64,000 bases of DNA from Gemmatales bacterium (GTDB lineage Bacteria; Planctomycetota; Planctomycetia; Gemmatales; HRBIN36), in contig JBEPZY010000001.1 of the NCBI GenBank assembly GCA_041640595.1, positions 288,001 through 352,000 on the forward strand, read 5' to 3'. Below the pieces are notes generated by a model that was not told the origin of the DNA, ran no database searches, and saw only the letters and a program-made list of their open reading frames with translations. A program made the translations under genes and the position numbers. Of this stretch, positions 28,649 to 36,633 are shown one piece after another (positions within the stretch are counted from its first letter, which is position 1; every line of letters starts with the position of its first letter).

Positions 28649-29903
28649 AGTATTACAAGGCACCGCCACCGTCCTCCCCTGGCCCGACAACTATTTCGAT
28701 GCCGTGCTCACCGACCCGCCGTATTACGACAACGTGCCCTATAGCGACCTTTCGGACTTTTTCTACGTCTGGCTCAAGCGCACCGTTGGCGACCTGTACC
28801 CAGAGCTGTTTGCCACCCCGCTTACGCCAAAGTCCGAGGAAATGGTGGCCGATGCCAGCAAAGCAGGTGGTATGGAAAACGCCATGCGTCGGTTCGAGGA
28901 GATGCTTACCCAGGCGTTCCGCGAAATCCACCGCGTGCTCAAGCCCGATGGCATCGCCGTCATCGTCTTCGCCCACAAGACCACTGAAGCCTGGGAAACC
29001 GTGATCAACGCCCTGTTAGAGGCTGGCCTCTACATGACCGCCTCCTGGCCCATTCACACCGAGATGCAGGCGCGGTTGCGCGCCCAGGAATCCGCGGCGC
29101 TGGCCTCCTCCATCTACATGGTCTGTCGCAAGCGCACCACGAGCGAAGTGGGCGAGTATCCCAAAGTGCGACGCGAAATTGAAGAGCGCGTGCGGCAGAA
29201 ACTCACGCAGTTCTGGGATGAGGGCATTCGCGGGGCGGACTTTTTCATGAGTGCCATCGGCCCGGCGGTGGAAGCGTTCGGCAAATACGTCCGCGTGGAG
29301 AAACTTTCCGGAGAACCGGTCACCGTGGCCGAACTGCTCGAATACGTCCGCAAGGTGGTCAGCGAGTTTGCCCTGGAGCGTATCCTGACGCCTGCAGCCC
29401 ATCCAACAGGAGCCGGGATGGGAATCGGCGGAGTGGATGCCCCGACCCGCTTTTATCTTCTGTATCGGTGGACTTACAATCACGCGCGCGTCCATTTCGA
29501 CGAGGCGCGCAAATTGGCGCAGGGAGCGGGTGTGGAACTGACCAGCCTGTGGGAGGCCGGCGGATTGGTGGAAAAGGACAAAGAGTATGTCCGTCTGCCC
29601 ATGCCGACGGAGCGTGCCCGCCATGCCCACTTTGTCAAAAGGACGCATTTCGCTACCATGATAGATGCTCTGCACTACGCCGCCTGGCTATGGGAGCGAA
29701 ACGACCAGACCAGGCTGCAGGAGCACCTGGCGGCCACTTACGGCGACAACGAGATCTTCTGGCAGGTGGCCCAGGCGATTGCGGAGGTGTTACCCCAGAA
29801 CGACAAGGAAAAACAATTGTTGCAGGGCCTGCTGTACGGGCGCAGAAGCCTTCAGTCAGCTCGTGATAAGCAGGCAGGTAGCTTATTTGGTGGAGCACCA
29901 TGA
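28623..29903 (+). CDS. DUF1156 methyltransferase, C-terminal part (operon 2)
   Basis: TDPPYYDNVPYSDLSDFFYVW; collinear with the C-half of 12606-16130; GGAGGT just upstream of ATG AAA ATG. Confidence 0.88.
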   Translation: MKMNRSVPEVLQGTATVLPWPDNYFDAVLTDPPYYDNVPYSDLSDFFYVWLKRTVGDLYPELFATPLTPKSEEMVADASKAGGMENAMRRFEEMLTQAFREIHRVLKPDGIAVIVFAHKTTEAWETVINALLEAGLYMTASWPIHTEMQARLRAQESAALASSIYMVCRKRTTSEVGEYPKVRREIEERVRQKLTQFWDEGIRGADFFMSAIGPAVEAFGKYVRVEKLSGEPVTVAELLEYVRKVVSEFALERILTPAAHPTGAGMGIGGVDAPTRFYLLYRWTYNHARVHFDEARKLAQGAGVELTSLWEAGGLVEKDKEYVRLPMPTERARHAHFVKRTHFATMIDALHYAAWLWERNDQTRLQEHLAATYGDNEIFWQVAQAIAEVLPQNDKEKQLLQGLLYGRRSLQSARDKQAGSLFGGAP

Positions 29904-32545
29904 TGAAACCGTGGCATGAGGTGGCTACTCCGCATCCGGATATTCGGGCGGGCAGGTTTGATGAATCGGTTTTTGCGGCGGATCTTGCCGATGTCCTTGC
30001 CGACCGGGGTCCTCTGGAATACCGCGATGCCGACACCTTCTTTCGCAAGACCTATCCGACGCAAGGGCTGGTGAAGCTGCTTTCGGCCGTTGCCTCGCGG
30101 CTGTCCGGTCGGGGAAAAGGCCCGGCGGTCATCCAGATCCAGACCCCCTTTGGCGGCGGCAAGACCCACAGCCTGATTGCGCTTTACCACCTGTTCAAAA
30201 ATCCCCAACGGCCAGCGGCCGCCTCCGAACTCATCTCGAAAGTTCTCGAAGATGCCCAGCTGGATGAGCTTCCGGTGGCGCGGGTGGCGACCTTCACCGG
30301 CACTGCGGCCGACCCGCTCACGCAAAAAACGCCCTGGGGCGAAATCGCCGACCAGTTGGGCAAGTATGCCCGGCTGGCCGAGCACGATCAGAAGCGGCGT
30401 GCTCCGGGCAAAAACCTGCTGCATCAGCTCCTGGCCGGCTCACCGACGCTCTTGTTGATGGATGAGGTCGCAGAGTACGCCGCCAAGGCCAAAGACTTCC
30501 GCGAGCAGGTGAACGCCTTTTTCCAGGAACTGACCGAAACAGTCAAGGTCTTGCCGCAGTGTGCCCTCGTGGTGACGCTTCCTTCCAGCGCTCCTTACGG
30601 CGAAGAAGGCGAACGGGCACTCTACCAGCTGGGGCAGATCTTCGGTCGAATGGAGGCTATCTACGTACCGGTTGAAGGCGAGGAGATTTACGAGATCATC
30701 CGTCGCAGGCTTTTTGAAAATTCGCCCGACCCCGTTGAGGTCCGCAAGGTAGCGGATAGTTATTGGGAGATGTACAGACGGCTTGGGGATGATCTGCCGC
30801 ACGATGTGCGCGAAACTTCCTATCGCGACAAACTGCGCAAGGCTTACCCTTTTCATCCGGAGTTGATTGACCTGTTGTTAGAACGTTGGAGCACCTTCCC
30901 CAGCTTCCAGCGTACCCGTGGTGTGTTGCGTTTGCTGGCCGAAATCGTGGCAGACCTTTACCGCCGCGACCACAGTGCACCGCTCATCCAGCCGGCTCAC
31001 GTCAATCTCAACAATTCGGTCATCCGAAGCGAACTACTCAAACACATTGGCAACCAGTATGAAGGCGTCATTACCGCCGACATCGCCGGTGGCAACGCCA
31101 AAGCGCAGAGGATCGACCGCGAGATCGGTTCCGAATACGACCGCTTCAACGTAGCCAGCGGACTGGCCACCGCCATCTTTTTCGCTTCGTTCAGCGGAAG
31201 CGAGAAAAAAGGGGTGAGTGTGCAACGGCTACGCCTGGCGTTGTTACGCGAGAGTATCCCCCCGGCCGTGGTTGGCGATGCGCTTAGACGACTGGAAGAA
31301 GAACTCTGGTATCTGCATGTGGAAGGCGGATTTTACTCCTTCTCCAGTCAGCCCAACCTCAACCGCATTCTGGTAGAGAAGGAAGAGGCGGTCGGGGATG
31401 AGCTTATCACCGAAGAAATTCGTACCCGCCTGGAAAAGCTCGCCGGCAGCGATTTGCGTGTGACGCTCTGGCCCAAAGCCTCACAGGATGTGCCCGATAC
31501 AAAAGAACTGAAACTGGCCATCCTGTCACCGGAGCACTCAAAACAAAGTTGCACGACCCAGGATTTTGTGGATGAGCTTTTGAAAAAAACTGGCAGCACT
31601 TTCCGCACCTATCAGAACACGCTCCTGGTTCTCGCTGCTGACAACGACGAGTTTTCCTCTCTACGTCAGAAGGTCAAACGCTGGCTGGCTCTCCGCGCTA
31701 TTCGCGACGACAAAAAGCTCAACCGCCAGCTCTCGGAAGATAACAGGAAAACACTGGACAGCAAATGGAGAGATTTAGATAGCGCAATACCTTTCAGTCT
31801 GCTTTCGGCGTATCGGCATCTGGCAAAACCTGGTGAAAACGGTGCGGAGTGGTGCGATCTGGGCTTACCTACCACTGGCGCGAAAGAGTCGCTGGCCAGC
31901 CGGGTACGCGAGTTCCTCAGAAGCCAGGATTACTTGCTGGAACACCTCTCGCCTGCCCATCTCCTCAAAAAGGCAGTCCGTCCGGAAGAACACGAAAAGC
32001 CGGTATCCGAGATCGTGGAGGCCTTTTTGCGCTACCCGCAACTGCCGATGATTCAAAGCCCAGCGGTGATCGAGCAAGCCTTGAGCAAGGGAGCACAGGA
32101 AGGGATTTTTACCGTCCGGATTGGCGACCGCGTGTATTTCCAAGAATCACCGCCTGCATCCATTCTCGGTACCGACGCAGTATTGGTTCGCAAAGAACGA
32201 GTTGAGTCACCTCCCGCTGATCGCAAACCCGGACCAAGCCCCTCGCCGGATACGATTGCGGTTGGTCCTCAGCCCAGCGGGACGCCATCGGTTCGTACTC
32301 CACCGCCAGTGGATGGTGACCGGCGTCGTTTGACGCTCCGCGTCCGCGTACCCTGGGACAAACTTTCGGACTTTGTCCGCGGTGTCATCATGCCGCTACG
32401 CAACGATGGGGCCGAACTGCAAGTGGAAGTGCTCGTTCAGGCGCAGGCGACATCCGGCAGCATCAAACCGGCGACCCTGGAGCACAAGGTCAAAGAAACC
32501 ATCCGGCAAATCCATGCGGAAATTTTGGAGGAGACCTACGAATAA
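29900..32545 (+). CDS. DUF499 family ATPase (operon 2)
   Basis: TPFGGGKTH, LLLMDE, YPFHPEL, FQRTRG. Confidence 0.9.
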   Translation: MMKPWHEVATPHPDIRAGRFDESVFAADLADVLADRGPLEYRDADTFFRKTYPTQGLVKLLSAVASRLSGRGKGPAVIQIQTPFGGGKTHSLIALYHLFKNPQRPAAASELISKVLEDAQLDELPVARVATFTGTAADPLTQKTPWGEIADQLGKYARLAEHDQKRRAPGKNLLHQLLAGSPTLLLMDEVAEYAAKAKDFREQVNAFFQELTETVKVLPQCALVVTLPSSAPYGEEGERALYQLGQIFGRMEAIYVPVEGEEIYEIIRRRLFENSPDPVEVRKVADSYWEMYRRLGDDLPHDVRETSYRDKLRKAYPFHPELIDLLLERWSTFPSFQRTRGVLRLLAEIVADLYRRDHSAPLIQPAHVNLNNSVIRSELLKHIGNQYEGVITADIAGGNAKAQRIDREIGSEYDRFNVASGLATAIFFASFSGSEKKGVSVQRLRLALLRESIPPAVVGDALRRLEEELWYLHVEGGFYSFSSQPNLNRILVEKEEAVGDELITEEIRTRLEKLAGSDLRVTLWPKASQDVPDTKELKLAILSPEHSKQSCTTQDFVDELLKKTGSTFRTYQNTLLVLAADNDEFSSLRQKVKRWLALRAIRDDKKLNRQLSEDNRKTLDSKWRDLDSAIPFSLLSAYRHLAKPGENGAEWCDLGLPTTGAKESLASRVREFLRSQDYLLEHLSPAHLLKKAVRPEEHEKPVSEIVEAFLRYPQLPMIQSPAVIEQALSKGAQEGIFTVRIGDRVYFQESPPASILGTDAVLVRKERVESPPADRKPGPSPSPDTIAVGPQPSGTPSVRTPPPVDGDRRRLTLRVRVPWDKLSDFVRGVIMPLRNDGAELQVEVLVQAQATSGSIKPATLEHKVKETIRQIHAEILEETYE

Positions 32546-32771
32546 GCTCCACCTCATGCCGAAAAATATCACCCATGCTCCTGAAACCGCTCCTTCCCCC
32601 GATCCCTAATCCCGAACCCCGATTCCCGACTCCGAATTCCCAATCACTTTCGTAGCAGCTCCACCAGCATAGGCAACCTTTACTGCAATTTGCACGTAAG
32701 CCGGAGACAGACTTCCCCACTTTTGCACTCACCCCACCAGGATGAACCAGCTTCACTGTTATTTACCTGAC

Positions 32772-33170
32772 TCATCCCCACTTTTGGGCCTCGGATAAAA
32801 GCGCTCCGAGAAGGGCATTAAGTGCTTCGGCGGCCCGCACTTGCATTCGCTCGATCCTCTGTCGCCCCATGAAAAACTCTTCTCTGCTCAGCAGACCACT
32901 AAGAACTTCCAAATCTTGCAGTTGCTCTGTCATCTGGCGCCCAATGAAAAACAGACTGTACGCTCCCTGGCGATTACTGCTGCACCACATCCCAGGCAAT
33001 TAGCGCTGCATGGCCACCAAAGCCGCTGCCAGCAAAATCCAATACGCCAACGCCAGAATCAACAGCATGCGATCCAACCAATCGGGGCACATCCGTCCCG
33101 AGTTACGTTAAGAAACACCAATGCAAGAATCAGTAGCAAGCGATTCAACCAGTTGGCACGAGTGATGATA
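32772..33170 (-). pseudogene. IS4-like transposase C-terminal remnant
   Basis: LDRMLLILALAYWIL..., PGMWCSSNR, terminal KWG*; broken by a stop and two duplication+insert events; family from recall. Confidence 0.55.
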
Positions 33171-33254
33171 TAGGTCGCCATGAGTGATCAACGTGTCGCG
33201 CTAGCCCCAGCCTAATCGCCGGTTCTAAGCATGCTGTTTATATTAGGTTCATAT

Positions 33255-33926
33255 TAGCCTGGAGGCCCCGGGAGGATACATCGCGTACAGCCAGGACTCG
33301 CAATCGGCATGTCCACGTGCTTGGGCAGGTGCACAGAGTGCGGTGGAATGACGCAAGTGCAAGTCGCAATCTGCTGGCCAAAGCGTTGGCTCAGGTATTT
33401 CCGCAGCCGTTGGTGGCCGATGCGGGCTATGATGCGGAGTGGGTGCACGAGTTTTGTCGGGAGCGATGGCGGGTGAACAGTTGGATACCGCTGGCGGTGC
33501 ATAGTGGGGATGGTCAGGTGCGAGGCCGCTGGCGTTCCCGAATGAGGGAGATGCCGAAGGTGTACCGTCAGCGTTGGCACGTGGAATCGTTCCTAAGTGG
33601 GCTGAACCGAACCACTGGATCGCAATTGACACGCTGTGTCCGATACGGCAAAGTCGGACGACGAAGGGCTGAACCGAACCACTAGATCGCAATTGACGGC
33701 GTGGCGGTAAAGTTAAGCCTGGCAACCAGGCGCTATACTGTCAGCCACAGTCGAGGACGTAGCGAGACAAGACGTTGAACAATGAAGCGGCTCTGCGCCA
33801 CAACCGACACTACGACGACGTCGAGCACCACGAGAAGACGTTGAACAATGAAGCGGCTCTGCGGGTGGTGGCTTACGCCATTCGCTGTTAGTTTGCGCCC
33901 ACACGCGACCATGTTTTCGGCAGAGC
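33255..33926 (+). mobile_element. IS remnant, copy C (3' part) of the DDE element
   Basis: LVADAGYD, YRQRWHVESF; right end TGTTTTCGGCAGAGC at 33912-33926; left boundary approximate. Confidence 0.8.
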
Positions 33927-34222
33927 AAAATAGGTTCTAGCAAATGGAAATGCTTGCTCACTATCCAGAGATTTGGTCAACCGGAAAGACACCCCTACTG
34001 GCCTGGCCGACCAATTCTCTCCGGCGAATCCAAGAACAGGTTTAGTGCGGTACTTTTATGTCGGCGGCATGCTGAAAAATTTTGGCACCTTTTGCCAGCA
34101 GCCTTCGGTTAATTAGGTAGAGGCGGACGTGAGCCGGCCAGCGTTCGCAACGGTGCAAGCGAATCAACAACCCAACCGCCAAACCAATTCACAACCCAAC
34201 CACCAACAGAGGAGGACGAACC

Positions 34223-34690
34223 ATGCTGCGGAAATTTGCTCTCGCTGGAGTGCTTGCCCTGAGCGTGCACCTTGCACAACCTGTCGCCCGACTCGGCTCC
34301 GAAGCTGCTGCACAGTCTGTTACCCCAACCGACTACTACATCGCACGAGCCCTGCTCATCGCGGACAGGTATGAACGCGTTGCCAGTATGGCAGCTCAGC
34401 GGGGCGATATCTTCACTGTCGCTCTTGCCTATAGACAAATGGCTATAGAACTCTCCTGGCTTCCCACCTGGGGCGTTGATCCCGACGTGGTGAGAGTTAC
34501 TTACAAGGTAGCCGGGTTGGCCTTCTCCTATGGCAATGCAGTGCTCGAGCTAAACAACCCCTGGCTCCACGATCATTGGAAAGCAATGAGACTGCTGGAA
34601 CTGGCAGCGCGGATGGCCGACCTCGAAAACGAAATCAGGCACGCCCAGCTTAGAGCCGTGCTGAGGGCCAGTTCGGGCCCGTTCGACTAA
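34223..34690 (+). CDS. Hypothetical secreted helical protein
   Basis: GAGGAGG RBS, signal-peptide-like MLRKFALAGVLALSV; 155 aa. Confidence 0.65.
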   Translation: MLRKFALAGVLALSVHLAQPVARLGSEAAAQSVTPTDYYIARALLIADRYERVASMAAQRGDIFTVALAYRQMAIELSWLPTWGVDPDVVRVTYKVAGLAFSYGNAVLELNNPWLHDHWKAMRLLELAARMADLENEIRHAQLRAVLRASSGPFD

Positions 34691-34812
34691 GCTGCCGACA
34701 AGTGTCCTTATATTCGAGTAGCAGGTCGCCCAGGCGGGAGGTCGCTCCGAAACGGGGGTGGCCTTCCCCAATTTTTGTTGCTGTACGCTTTTTTGTACTG
34801 GGCGCTCGCTGG

Positions 34813-36633
34813 CTATTTCCCACCGAGATCGCGATACAACTTTTCTACCAGCTTCAGAAGTTCTTGCGGTTCGGCCAAATTGGGATAGTTATCCACGACC
34901 TCGAGTAAAATTTTTCTCGCACGCTGTAGGTGCCGCAGGGCTTCCTCGGTTTTTCCTTGAGTTGCGTAAAGAATACCCACTGCGCCTAGCACCCTGCCGA
35001 GGTCAACCTTGTACTCTACCACCTGGGGATGCTCGGCCACCAGTTGCTCGCGCAGTTGCAAGGCCTGGCGATGGGCTTTTTCCGCCTCGGCCACGCGACC
35101 GGTGGCTTTCAGCAACAGGCCCAGGTTGTTGTGCGTGGTGGCCAGTTGCTGGCGGTACTCGGGCACCTGGGGATGCTCAGCCACCAGTTGCTCGCGCAGT
35201 TGCAGGGCCTGGCGATGGGCTTTTTCCGCCTAGTCCGCTCGACCGGTGTCTTTCAGCAACACGCCCAGGTTGTTGTGCGTGGTGGCCAGCTCCTGGCGGT
35301 ATTCAGGCACCTGGGGATGCTCAGCCACCAGTTGCTCGCGCAGTTGCAGGGCCTGGCGATAGGCTTTTTCCGCCTCGGCCACTCGACCGGTGGCTTCCAG
35401 CAACACGCCCAGGTTGTTGTGCGTGGTGGCCAGCTCCTGGCGGTATTTAGGCACCTGGGGATGCTCGGCCACCAGTCGCTCGCGCAGTTGCAGGGCCTGG
35501 CGATGGGCTTTTTCCGCGTCGGCCAGTCGACCGGTGACTTCCAGCAACAGGCCCAGGTTGTTGTGCATCCCAGCCAGTCCCTGGCGGTGCTGGGGCACCT
35601 GGGGATGCTCGGCCACCAGTTGCTCATAAAGTTGCAAGGCTTGGCGATACGCTTTTTCCGCCTCGGCCACTCGACCGGTGTCTTCCAGCAACAGGCCCAG
35701 GTTGTTGTGCGTGCTGGCCAGGTCCTGGCGGTATTCGGGCACCTGGGGATGCTCGGCCACCAGTCGCTCGCGCAGTTGCAGGGCTTGGCGAAAGGCTTTT
35801 TCCGCCTCGGCCACGCGACCGGTGGCTCGCAGCAACACGCCCAGGTTGTTGTGCGTGGTGGCCAGTTCCCGGCGGTGCTCGGGCACCTGGGGATGCTCGG
35901 CCACCAGTCGCTCGCGCAGTTGCAGGGCCTGGCGAAAGGCTTTTTCCGCCTCGTCCGCCCGACCGGTGGCTACCAGCGACACGCCCAGGTCGTTGTGCGT
36001 GCTGGCCAGGTCCTGGTGGTACTCGGGCACCTGGGGATGCTCGGCCACCAGACGCTCTTGCAGTTGTAAGGCTTGGCGATGGGCTTTTTCCGCGTCGGCC
36101 AGTCGACCGGTGGCTTGCAGCAACAGGCCCAGGTTGTTGTGCGTCATGGCCAGTTGCTGGCGGTACTGGGGCACCTGGAGATGCTCGGCCACCAGTTGCT
36201 CGCGCAGTTGCAAGGCTTGGCGATAGGCTTTTCCCGCCTCGGTCACTCGACCGGTGGCTTGCAGCAACGCGCCCAGGTTGTAGTGCGTGGCGGCCAGCTC
36301 CTGGCGGTATTTAGGCACCTGGGGATGCTCGGCCACCAGACGCTCGCGCAGTTGTAAGGCTTGGCGATGGGCTTTTTCCGCCTCGGCCACTCGGCCGGTG
36401 GTTTCCAGCAAGATGCCCAGGTTGTAGTGCGTTCTGCCCAGTTCCTGGCGGTACTCGGTCACCTGGGGATGCTCGGCCACCAGTCGCTCGCGCAGTTGCA
36501 GGGCCTGGCGATAGGCTTTTTCCGCCTCGGCCAGTCGACCGGTGGCTTGCAGCAAGTTGCCCAGGTTGTTGTGCGTGCTGGCCAGTTCCTGGCGGTATTC
36601 AGGCACCTGCGGATGCTCGGCCACCAGTTGCTC
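34813..36633 (-). pseudogene. TPR array (48-aa/144-bp units, ~11-12) lacking an N-terminus, with internal TAG
   Basis: ORFs 35230-36624 and 34813-35184 share a frame; TAG at 35230-35232 where a sister repeat has GAG; begins mid-repeat at the kinase stop. Confidence 0.85.
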
